The notes beneath the pieces are model-generated. The model saw only the letters and a list, made by a program, of their open reading frames with translations. It did not search any database and was not told the origin of the DNA. A stretch of DNA of 64,000 nucleotides from Phoronis australis. Its lineage: Eukaryota; Animalia; Phoronida. The translations under genes were made by a program, and so were the position numbers. This document shows positions 1-52,014 of this stretch, piece by piece (positions within the stretch are counted from its first letter, which is position 1; the number at the start of each line of letters is the position of its first letter). The stretch lies in assembly GCA_002633005.1 (NCBI GenBank), contig NMRA01000262.1:260298-324297 (forward strand). Direction: 5' to 3'.

Positions 1-94
1 GGAAGAAAATAAAGTGACAAAAAGGTTCAAGTATTATATTTTGAAGTGAGTTCATGACCCAAGACAATAACTCGTTACCTGTATTGTAATTCAG

Positions 95-379
95 ATTGCT
101 AAACCACCGTCTCGGAGTCCCGGCGTCGTTGCACTCATTGTGATCGTCGATCTTTTTCTAAAAGTCGGGGAATCGCGTGTTTCCTTAACACTAGGCGCTA
201 AATCTTCATTCTTTAAAAGTCGGGGATGGGCGCTTAACCGAGAGGTGGGCACTTAACTGGAAATCTTCAAAAATCGCAGGGGGGCGCTTAACCAAGCAGT
301 GGGCGGTTAAATCAAAAATCCACTTAAAGTCGGGGATGGGCGGTTAACTGAGCATGGGCGTTAACCCGAACGATTACGG
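95..379. mobile_element. Right end of a TA-flanked TIR DNA transposon (Tc1/mariner-pogo-like MITE); left end not visible
   Basis: Repeated subterminal GGGCGCTTAAC and AAAGTCGGGGA motifs ending ...CGATTACGG|TA, after which HINE-family sequence resumes. Confidence 0.55.
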
Positions 380-897
380 TATGTTCTAAGTGTGAGAGGA
401 CGGTTGACAATTTTCCACCGACTTGACTAGTGTGGCATCTTCTAGTAGCAGTTTTTTGGCGCTTATAGAGATATATCATAAACCCACAGCCTGATCTTAA
501 TTTTAGCAAGTGTATTTTTATGAAGTGGCATCTCTTAGTATCAGTTTTGTTTTTTGCACCCAAAGCTGTATCTCCTAAACCCACTGCAAGGTCTTTATTA
601 AATTTAGTAAGTGTATTTGAAGTTGACAATGACTTTAAGATTGATTTGACAAACGGTGTGCCCTCTAGTGACTATTTCATTTTTTTCCATTTTTCTGTCT
701 TTGTCTGAAAACCCTTGATGGACTTTTGTGAAATTTGGTAAATAGCTTCCAATTAAAGAAATAATGATATGTTCCCGTTTCAACATATTTTGCACCGTTT
801 AGTGGCCATTTTTGTGATACAAATAAGCACCCCTAGAAGCACACCATTTGCAGTGCATTCATGGGCATATTTCAGCGCTCTGTGTTGCTTTTGTTTT
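380..897 (+). mobile_element. 3' part of a Helentron/HINE-like element (family A)
   Basis: Aligns by eye with 26500-26825, including the 3' end caccccTAGAA.CACACC.TTTG...GGGC.CAT...GTTGCT.TTGT. Confidence 0.65.
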
Positions 898-1092
898 CAT
901 AAGCTGTTTGTCACTTCAGTTCAGTTCATTGAGATATGTTTCCTTGTCACACCTAGATGTGATGCATACTACAGTCCACAGATATTGAAAAATCTTACCA
1001 ATTTTGAATAGAAATAATTTCAATTTTGACTTTTTTATTTTCAAAGGCTTCTGACATTGCAGTGAATGACCGCATTTTTTCACTATGCTACA

Positions 1093-1363
1093 GAACTTGA
1101 ACATTGAACATGAACATTGAACTTGAACATTGAACTTGAACATTGAACATGATCATTGATCATGAACATTGAACTTGAACATTGAACTTGAGCATTGAAC
1201 TTGAGCATTGAACTTGAGCATTGAACTAGAACATTGAACTTGAACATTGAACTTGAACATTGAACTTGAACATTGAACTTGAACTTTGAACTTGAACATT
1301 GAACTTGAACATTGAACTTGAACACTGAACTTGAACACTGAACTTGAACATTGAACATTGAAC
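1093..1363. repeat. Minisatellite (TTGAACATTGAAC)n, 13-bp unit
   Basis: About 20 direct copies. Confidence 0.95.
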
Positions 1364-2245
1364 AGCATTTAGTTGGTGATGCCAGTCTTTGTATGTAAAG
1401 TGGGAGAAAATTTTGCTTGGCAGCCATTTTGTGTCCTGAAGTGATGTGCTTATTCTGTGTTTGAATGGTCTGTTGTCTTCATGTGATTTGGCAGTTGTCA
1501 CTTGCAGGAGTTCTGGACTTTGATAACCAGTTAGATGCCCTTTATTCAATGGAGGAAACTGGTTCTCAAAATGTAGGACCTCTGTAAGTGACTAGTACTT
1601 GTGATTGTTTAATTAAGCTTTTGCTGATTGTCTTTTCTAGTATATTGATAGTAATCATATAAATGTTAGCTTGATATCTGGCATAATTCACTAGATTATT
1701 GTTGTCTTGCTAATCAAAAAACAATTTCGTTTGAATCCAGGTACATAGTCCGAAGAACATTTCATGAATACAACAAGATGTGAATCTGTATCAATTTTTC
1801 ACTTGATTCAAGCATTTCTTTTCCATTTCCCTAGTTCACAATTTTCCTTGGAAATGATATTTTCTGCATTTATGGTGTCAGTCTGTTCTGACTGATTATA
1901 CTCTATGTTAAGTGACTCGATCACTTGATAGAGATGATTTAGTGCATTAAAAAGAATGGAATTGAAAAGAAGAGCAGAAATCCTGATTTTCTTGTCTGTC
2001 ACTTAGTTGTCTACATTGAGGAAATTGCCTGGGATAAGTGAAATTTTGATTCCTTGATTTAGCTATCTTGAGAGCAAATTATTGCAAACTTGAGTCTATG
2101 ACCATGTTCTTTTTTCAAAACCTTCATTGGTATAAATATAATTGTCCCTCTAAAAGTCTGTGCTCATTGAACCATTGTACCATTGGCCAACCTGCCTTAT
2201 ATATACATGGCAGTCTGTAGTGACCTGTGTTTGTTCTGTATATAG

Positions 2246-42614
<40,369 letters not shown>

Positions 42615-43429
42615 CCCGCGGTGCCTGTGTTCCAGCAAGGCCTATGCATAGCGCCACCTGCAGTAAGTGATATTAGTCTCAATTCTCAAACGAGACAGTT
42701 GTCTAGCAACGTTTGGATCCTGTGAACTGTTGTGATCATTTTTTCTGAGTATTTCCTTGTGACAGCCAGCACTGTGCTGTATAACTTTTCTGGTTTTGGT
42801 CATACTTTTTGAAACTTTTCCCCTAAGTATAGAAAAAACGTTCCATTTTCATTCAAATCTTAAGATTTTTGAAGCCCTATGTGTTCACCTACTCATACAA
42901 AAATGAGTCGTCAACCCACCTGTCACATTATTAGGGTTCGTTCCAACTTACTGTGAACTCATTACACATCAAGTACTATATGTGTTGGAAAAACTATGAC
43001 AACTTACTGGGGTCTGTGAATTCATTACACATCAAGTACTATATGTGTTGGAACAACTATGAGAACCCGGTGATATTCAAATATTGTCACTGGAAAATGA
43101 ATGAAAATGGAAGTTCTTATTACTGTAGCTGTATTTCTCATAACTCATCAAAATTGTGTCCAATGTGATATGCCTATTAACTCCATATGGGCTTCCCTTG
43201 GATGTCTTGCATCCTGGTACAAACTTTGAGCCATGTTTGTATTTCTGCCTCTACTATTGATGTGCTGAAACAATAGATTGTGATTGGTTAACATGTATTG
43301 GTGATACACCTGTTCATTATGCGTGTAAGTCACAGTTATACACATGTGCTGGAGGTCATTAGGCAAGAGAACATGTGATTAAGGTGTTGACTTGAGTTTG
43401 AAAATGATAAGATTTGTGTTGAACAGTGC

Positions 43430-43435
43430 AATAAA
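43430..43435 (+). terminator. Candidate polyadenylation signal of FAK
   Basis: AATAAA about 0.8 kb after the stop, followed by T/GT-rich sequence. Confidence 0.5.
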
Positions 43436-45169
43436 TCTCTTTTGTTGCCATTTCTCAGATACATTGTATCTCATTTGTCTCTGCTGTCTTGAATAGCTTG
43501 TTAACAATGTGTTACTCATTATTGCACAACCTAAAGTTGTCTGGTCTTTGTAAGTTGTTATAAGGCCCCCCCCCCCCNCCCCCCCCCCCCCTGCAAATAG
43601 AACATCACTTCTAGTAGTCTCTGTAATTAATGTATGAATGTCAGTTCAAATGTTCAGTAAAATTGGTTTTAAAGCCCCATGCATCTCCCCCATAGTAATG
43701 GTCCATGTTTTGTTTTTAACTAAAATACTAGTTAGCATTCCTAACTTTACTTGGCAATGCTGCTGATCAAAATATTCACTGTCGTCAACTTAAGTTTTTG
43801 AAATTTATAACTTGTCTGGACATAATTCCTGCTATGTGGGGCATTAAAACTGAACTAGTGAACCACTGTACATTGTATGCCATTCCATCACTTTAGTTCA
43901 CCAGGGCAGATGATAACTTCTTGCTTTTGAATATGATCGTTTTCAAACAAAGGTTTAATTTCTTAAGTCATCCACTGCTTCATTCTTTTAATTCTGTATT
44001 CAGTATTTACCATTCACTCTGAAATCATGCGGAATGTTAAAATGAATTTAAAGTTAGCCATCTTTCTCCATTTACACCATTTTGTGTACCTCCCTGCAAT
44101 CATAGGTATGTTAAGAAACCATTCCAACACCAAGGATAACATCAACAAGTATCAGTCAGGACATTGACATTTCTTGATTGCAACTATATATAGATTAACT
44201 GTATGCTACAATTGGTCTGTATAGTTAACTTGCTTGCGTTGCTGAGCATTTTTCTCCTGTCGTGTAACTAAGGGCTGGAGAGGTGGCAATAGTCCTCCAA
44301 CATTTCAAGATAACCAAAACCTTTTTATGTACTGTTTAGCAGCCTGCAATTATTTTTTGTGACCAACCTTAAGTCCAGTAGCAATATATGGCTTTCATTC
44401 AGTCAGTCTTATTGTGGGGTTGACCAGTTGATTTGAGTCCATTTTTCATGTAGTAAGTCTGGTTAGTTGTCCTTATCTACTATTAAAGCTTACTTATTGG
44501 ACAGTGTTTCAACTTACTGTCAATGTAATCTAGGAGTGTTGTCAGGTCAGGCTACTTCTATTCAATGACTGAAGCAATTTATGTTCTATAGTAACTGGTA
44601 TTTTTGTCATCTTTTGGTATTTTTGTCATCTTTTGGTAAAATCACACAATTGTGGTGGACAAGTAGACAAAAATGAAATTTTTATCAGAAAAAAATGAGA
44701 AATTGTGAGAATAATGTTAGGAACCTTTGTGAAAGGAGAAAAGCTGAATTTTGGTAGTTACTTTTGTCCTAAATTGGTGAGATTTACTTTAAAGTTCTAT
44801 GTTCTCCCAAAATAGTCAATTTTCTCACCAGGGTGCAAAATGCTTACTGGGGAAGGCAAATGCCTTTTAAGTTCACCTAAAAATGTTGGTTCAGATGATA
44901 AAATCTTTTGGAGGTACTATTCATGGGGAGGAAGGCTTTCAAAAAGACTACATATTTACACTCATGGAATTTTCATTCTTAAATGACCATCCTCCAGTTA
45001 GGGCTTGCAATTGTCGAAGAAAATTTGAGATTTAATATTATGCCAAACTTTGATATTACTTTGTGCTGGACACTTGTAGTGTTGTAGTTTTCAAAAAAAG
45101 GAGTCCCGTCAAAGCTGTCTTGTTTGGAGTATGTTGTGATGAAAATTGTGAGTTGCAACCAGAATATAG

Positions 45170-46652
45170 TTTTATGCACCCCATATTTTATGTGGGTGGG
45201 CGTATTATACTGTCATTCCTGTCCAGCAGGTGTCTGCTGTGTATCTGCAAAACCTCTTGATATATGTTCATGGAATTTTGTGGTAGGTTCCTTTCATGGA
45301 TGAGACAGCATGAGAGGTGTGCCCCTTAGTGGCAGTTGTAGTTGACTACTACCGACTTCTTTATCTTAAGAGTTTTTGAACAGATTTTCGTGAACGTTGG
45401 CATATAGGTAACTATTTGGGAGACAATGCTATCTATTGGTTGTTGGATGGATTCAGTGTATTTGTGCCACCTAGTGGCCAGTTTTTGAGTCTGTTTCTTA
45501 ACATGCCTCTCGATCATCCAAACCACTCTAAGGATGGTAAGGCAAGTTGGCATTTATTCTACTATTACGAAGAGGGCGGCTGATGAAATTTTTTGGATAG
45601 CTGTGAGTCTACTGTGGCGTCTTCTAGTGACAGTAGTGTTTTTGTGTTTATGACTTTATCTCCTATACTCTCTTCAGGATCTTTGTTAAATTTAACAACT
45701 GTTTTTCTATGAAGGTGGCAACAGATGACGCCTGAGCCCCCTAGTGGCTATTTTATTTTTACTATTTCCTGATTTGATGAAATTTGGCAAAGAGGTTCTT
45801 ATTAAAGCATTAGTAACACCTTCCAGTTGGAGATAAATTTGACATAATGTAGGTCACTTAGCAATATTTGTTATAACTCTAAGAATCATGAAAATTGGTT
45901 TTTGTGTTCCTATTGGGAAGAGTGCAACTATCAATGATTTCTGGACAGCTTCGGCTACTGTGGCACCCCCTTGTAGTCATTTTGGTATTTTCACTTCTAC
46001 AGCTGCAGTATTTCAGTGAAATTTGGCAATGTGACAACAGTTGAGAGTTTTGGACTTGTCTGACTTTTAATATTGTGCCCCCTAGTGGCAGTTTTGTTTT
46101 TCCCTTGTCTTTTGAGTTCCTTGACTGATTCTTGCAAAATTTTGCAAATAGTTTTCTATTAAAGAGACATTAACACCCATTTTCAGATGTATTTGACTTA
46201 ATGTATGCCATGTAGTGGCCTTTTTATTATTTATTTTCAAGTTTTTTTGGCACGTAACTATCAACCAAACCTTGCTGAAATACATGTTTCTTCAGGTCTG
46301 ACTGCTGTGGCGCCCTCTAGGTTTTGGGTCAAATCCAATTACTGCAGATTCTCCTAGTGGCAATTTTGTTTTTCTTTGGGTTTGTCATAATATATATCAA
46401 GTTTCTTGATGAATGTTCAAGAAATTATAAGTTACTATCAGGTAGACCAGGGCACAAGTTAGACCTACATTGTACTCATTAGTGGGATTTCTATTGTATT
46501 TGTTAAGTTCTTTGTTGGCCACCTCCCTATCCTCCAAACTGGCTCCTGAATTATGGCGAAATGTGGCATGTGTGTTTTCCTATTTCTGGCTTGCTTTACA
46601 CTCCCTAGGACACGCTGGAGCCATATCAGTGCTAGTGTGTTGCTCTTGTTTT
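45170..46652 (+). mobile_element. Helentron/HINE-like element (family A), diverged copy
   Basis: Starts TTTTATGCACCCC with a short inverted repeat, has the same subunits with CCCCTAGTGGC, ends GTGTTGCTCTTGTTTT. Confidence 0.6.
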
Positions 46653-48679
46653 TAATCAATTATAAAGTACCTTAGCATTCTTAGATTTTTACAGAAACCC
46701 CTCATATTTGTTCTTATCTCTTAATTTATACACAACCTGAGGTCTCTGGAACTATGATGGTGTAGTAACGCCAACTTTTTATGACATGTCAACCAAACAA
46801 GAAACAAATGACCCTTGGTTGCTTAGGTATCAAATTGTGTTTTGCTAAACAATGTCATTGGCAACATGTAACCACAGGCTACTATGAATAGTAACTACGC
46901 AATGGAAACGTCAAAATGTGTAACCGAGAAATCCCATGGCACATTTTTGACATGGTGGGTCGTACCTATTAAAGTCACAATTACTCCCTATGTTTTAAAT
47001 ATGTAATGTAATATGGTGATACTAACGGCTCTTGTTATTGACAAGTCTTATGTAAGTAATTATGACGTCATCGCATCGCATAGCCTTCACGAAGTTATCA
47101 CAATTTTCTCCTCACGTTTTCCATGTTCTGAGTTTTGAACAAAGTTTAGTGGGTTTTGGTTGAACAATGCTAACTATAAACTATTATTTAATTTGGTATT
47201 GATTGTGTATATGTCTGTATATATTGCATTGTTAATTATATATATTATATATATATATATATATTGATTAATAAAATGTTGAAATTTTAAACCATTGTTT
47301 TTCAATCTATTTCCATGCTTTTTATGTAGATTCTTTATGCTTTACATAAAGACCTTAACATGCTCCCTCTCTACCTTTATTGCGTTACGTAAAGCTGTGT
47401 ACAGTAAGAGCCTACACCATACAGCAGAAATATGATTTAAGCAAGCAATAAATATTTTTCATTCATAAATAATCATCATTTCGCATATTTTGTTACCAAA
47501 ATGCTAAAAATCAGACTAATTAAACCAGGAGAGACATGATTTCAATGGTACCGAAGATTTCTACCCAAGATAAGGATTTTAGAATGTGGATGCCTCACAG
47601 TTGCTGTGAAGAATTTAGTCAAGCAGTCATTAAAAATTATCCCTCTTTTTTAAGTCGAAAGGCAACCGTGAGTGTCTCAAAACCCCATGAAACGTCCGGT
47701 TTTCCTTTTAGTCAAACACATCGCCACCTTTCGTAGTGCCGTGAGAGTGTTGGGGGAAACTACAATAGCATAATACGAAAATATTTTGATTTTATGACGA
47801 GATGGCGTGAAAAATTAAAAAAGTGGGATTGTCGGCCAAGAGTGAGATAACTGGCAAGTGCAAAGTATGGTGTCAGCAACACGAAGTATTGGACTGGAAT
47901 TTTTACAAGTTTAACTTTTCACTTTTTAAATTTTATTTCACGGGTATAGGTATGTACTACAGATAACATTCACTGCTCAGAAATCGAATGAATTAACAAA
48001 AAAGTATCTGGGCAGCAAGCAAACATTGCACTGATGAAGTGTTATAGAAACGATTGAAAACGGTAATAACGTATGCAAAACACTTAACTACGCAAATACA
48101 AGCAGTGTTTCGAAAGTTAGTAAACACACCTGCATAAGTTTCAATTGCAGTACAAACACTCAGCAACCAAAAGTCATTTCTTCCGTAAAATACTGTAACA
48201 CGATTTTAAAACCCAAAATGCCTTGCTGAAAAACTAGCACGCAGTTAGATAGGTTGTCGAAAGTGGTTCTTAGACTGAAGATGAAAAGATATCAAGATGC
48301 CAAGCTATTCCCGGTATCCGGCAGGGCAACGGCTCGGTGCGTATAAAGAATATTCCAATGTAATTGTCTGGTTTGTTGACTAATTTTACCGTATGTCAAG
48401 AGTCGCTATTGATTAATAAAAATGTCAAAATGAAAATGAAGCAATGAAATTAGGCTTGGTTTGTTAACTACAACACTCGATCAAAACCAAGTCGGAGATT
48501 CCCAGAGCAAAAGCTGGACACATACTCAGTGGGACACGACAGGTTTGAAATACTGCAAAAGAATCACAAATGAAGGTTAGTAACGGGAAAGTCCCACAAA
48601 CAGGTGCAAAGTGTGGTGCGACTCTGTTTGATGCTCATTCAAAACAGACTTCTCGAATGTGGGACAAACCACGGATTTT

Positions 48680-49540
48680 TTAATTTAGCCAACCATTGTG
48701 GCACCTCTTTAATGGCAGATTTGTTGTCTGTGGGTCTGTGGGTGTGGGTCTGTGGCTGGGTCTGTGGGTGTGTGGCTGGGTCTGTGGGTGTGTGGCTGGG
48801 TCTGTGGGTNTGACAGTGTCTGTGGCTGGGTCTTTGGGTCTGTGGCTGGGTCTGTGGCTGGGTCTGTGGGTCTGTGGCTGGGTCTGTGGGTCTGTGGCTG
48901 GGTCTGTGGGTCTCAGGTGGCTGTATCTCATTAACCCTTACCAGCATCTATGTAAAATTTGGCAAGTGTTGATTTGTATGGAGGTGACAACGGATAGCGC
49001 CGACTTTTGGGCGGTTCTGAATATCACGGCGCTCCCTAGTGGCAATATTTTTCCCGTTTTTCTCTGTATCTTTGGAGTTCCTTGATGGATTTTTATGAAA
49101 TTTGGCAAATAGGTATTTATTCAGGCAAAGACACTCTTTGTTTTCAGGTGGATATGACTTAGTGCACACCTTCCAGTGACGTTTTATTATGTTTGAGTCT
49201 GTTTAGGTGTCCACCCCTATCGGCCAAACCGCTCTAAGAATCGTTATCAAAAAATGTGTTCCTACTGGGAAGAGTATGGTTGACGATTTCTAGACAGTTT
49301 GGGCTACTGTGGCATCCCCTAGTGGCAGTTTGACTGCTGTCAGTGTCGCCTCCTTGTGACAGATTGCTTTTCCGCATCAACAGCTGTTTCCTGCTATATG
49401 ATCTTTGGGAATTTATATGAACATGACAACAGACGACCACTTTTGGACTTATCTAACAACCACTTTGCCCCCACTGCCCAGTTCTAACTTTTCATGGTGT
49501 TGGCAGGCATATTCCACTTGAGCATTGGTCACTTGCTTGA
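48680..49540 (+). mobile_element. Helentron/HINE-like element (family A) with expanded (GGGTCTGTGGCT)n microsatellite at 48727-48913
   Basis: Microsatellite followed by GCTGTATCTC and subunits similar to 21000-21400. Confidence 0.6.
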
Positions 49541-50224
49541 CCGCCCCCTTCCCCCGAGAGCCTATTTTACGTTTATTTGAATTGCTCCATTGGGAATGTT
49601 TAGAATAGTAATCATCCCTTGTATCTTAGCAGTATGCGATGAACACGGTGGACGCCATATCAACGCTCTACGATGCTCTTGTTTATGGACCTTGTCATAG
49701 AGTTGTATGGGTGGAATGTTTGGGTCACCAGCTTTGACCAAGTTAGTCTTGGTTTTATAAATTACATGATCCTATCAGATAACCCTGTGAGCATACCGTT
49801 TGTTGTGTAGTCGTGGGTGCATATGAATACCTTTGGTGCAGTCGTGGGTGCATATGAATACTTTTTGGTGCAGTCGTGGGTGCATATGAATACTTTGTTT
49901 CTATTTTATTGTTCTGTTGTCCCAGCTTAAAGAAACTAATCTTTGAGATTATTCTGCGAACACATCTAACAGTGAGCCAACTGTCGTAATCCATTTTTAG
50001 CTTTTACTATTTGCAACACTGAAGATTGACTTGGCAAAGCATGAAATGACAGTTTTAGTCGATACTTACTACAATAGGAAGCTCTCGCTATGGAATGTAT
50101 TTAAACTTGCTCGTTGAAGCGGCATCACAAAAATGATTTATACCACTTAAAGTTGGGAAATGGGAGATTTCTTGGCTTTCGAAGAATTGATAAGTCATTT
50201 TTTCATGAGATCACACTTAACAAG

Positions 50225-50340
50225 ATGACGCGTTTTGTCGTTTTAACGCGTTGTGTCATTTTAACGCGTTATGTCATTTTAACGCGTTGTGTCATTTTTT
50301 GAAATGACACAACGCATTAAAATGCGTTGTGTCATTTTTA
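50225..50340. repeat. Short direct and inverted TTAACGCGTTGTGTCATT repeats
   Basis: 4-5 direct copies plus one inverted copy. Confidence 0.75.
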
Positions 50341-51729
50341 CTCTTCGAGTGTAATCTCGAATATATGCCAGTTCCTTATAAGACCTAAAATTACTTGTCA
50401 ACAAAGTAGGGAACAAGTTGACACGTGTATAGATCAAAATTCAGTTTCTTTGACAGAATGCTGCCGTGAATGTTTCTACTCATTAGATATTGGCATTACA
50501 TTTTCACTATACGTGACAACTCAACAGTCATTGACTGGTACATCTGTTTTCTGAGGGAGTTAATTAATTAATTACTTCCTAATTAAAAAGCAAGATTTCT
50601 TGTTTCTTTAATTTGATGAGAGCTTTTTCCATGGAAACATAATAACAGGTGATTTAGTTGTATTAGGGAAAGTAGCCTATAATGACTTGTAAACGTTTTT
50701 CTCGTGCACACAGCACGGCTAATTCTCGATTGTGAAAATGTGGTAGAGATTTGATGCGTAACTCAATATGGGGGAATCATGTGGAATTTTTTGTTTTTCC
50801 TGGCAAAATTTATGACGAAGCAATTACTCATTTGCACCGTTTATGATTGTGCAGTTGTTGTAAAGCATCGCGTAAAATTATGAGAGTTCTAAAATTTAGA
50901 AAAAAATGGAAATAAGTTTCGACTATTGTTTTTTATCAAACTTATACAAAATGTCACTTTATTTTTGTATGCTAATTTTGGGCACAAAGGTGTCAGACGT
51001 CAGTTGAAGCTTAGCGAATAACAAGAGTTGGATAAATGAAATTCTTTTAGCAAAAACAATTGCCAAAATAGTTTCAAAGGCTAACTGAAATACTTGACTG
51101 TTTCCTTGGCTCATTTTTCAGGCTTGTGCACCTGTGTTGTGCGTATTGAACATGATTTGGTCGAGACTTGTTCCTTACTGATGTGAGAAGGGATGCGTAA
51201 GCTCGCTGAGCGCGGACAAACCTCTGCCATAGACTGAACTGGAGTTGAAATAATTTTATTCGTCAAAAGCAACATGGCTTTGAGCACAGATCGTTGAGGG
51301 AGACAACTCTAGCGAAATCCCATGCGCGAGACGTGGACTATCATGGCTGTTTTTATTTACCAAAAACGTTGCATTTCATTCCAACATAGGCGTAGGAAGC
51401 AGAGGACGGGGGGGGGGCTCAACCAAAAGGTTTAGGGCGGAGATAGGTTTTCGCACCCATTATTCCAGGTGTTAATGAGTATCATTTAATTAACAATTAA
51501 TTACAAAAAAAATTAAACAAACTTTTGTTTTAAATAAAACTGAAAAATTAACACCCCCCCCCCTCCCCCCAACCATCAATTGTTTGCTACGACAATGTCC
51601 ATACACTGTCTTCTTACTACATCCGAACAGGGGTCTAGGTCTTTGTTTCGAAAATTCACATCTTGTGACATTCTACATTCAAGCAGGGGGGTCTGAACAC
51701 CCTTGGATCCGTGCCTGGTGTAACCAGCC

Positions 51730-52014
51730 TCGTGCTAGCCGCTCGTCATTGGTTAATTCTGAGCGTCACTGGCGGTGGTAGAGCTAAGTCCATTCGCCAA
51801 CTTGGCGACAATAAAAATTATTTTCGGGAAACCTACTGGCGTGTTGACGCAGTCAGCTCGAATTATGTCGCACAGCAAACAAAATTTTTACTTCGATTCG
51901 TAGTCTTAAAAATAGCAAGCGAATTTTCCATTTCATGTCCGTCACTCCTGAAATCATTCTTTTACTGAGAAAAAATGTTCAACTGTGTAGGTATTGGTAA
52001 ACTTAGAGGTAAGT
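51730..52014 (+). promoter_or_regulatory. Candidate promoter and non-coding first exon of the downstream gene
   Basis: Locally CpG-richer sequence, ATTGG box near 51748, consensus donor gag|gtaagt at 52009. Confidence 0.3.

Noticed and set aside
916-1549. Repetitive ORFs (MFKFNVQVQCSSS)n
   Set aside because: Translation of a 13-bp minisatellite, open in several frames
48604-49085. Pro/Thr/Gln-rich or Gly/Trp-rich ORFs
   Set aside because: Microsatellite inside a HINE-like element
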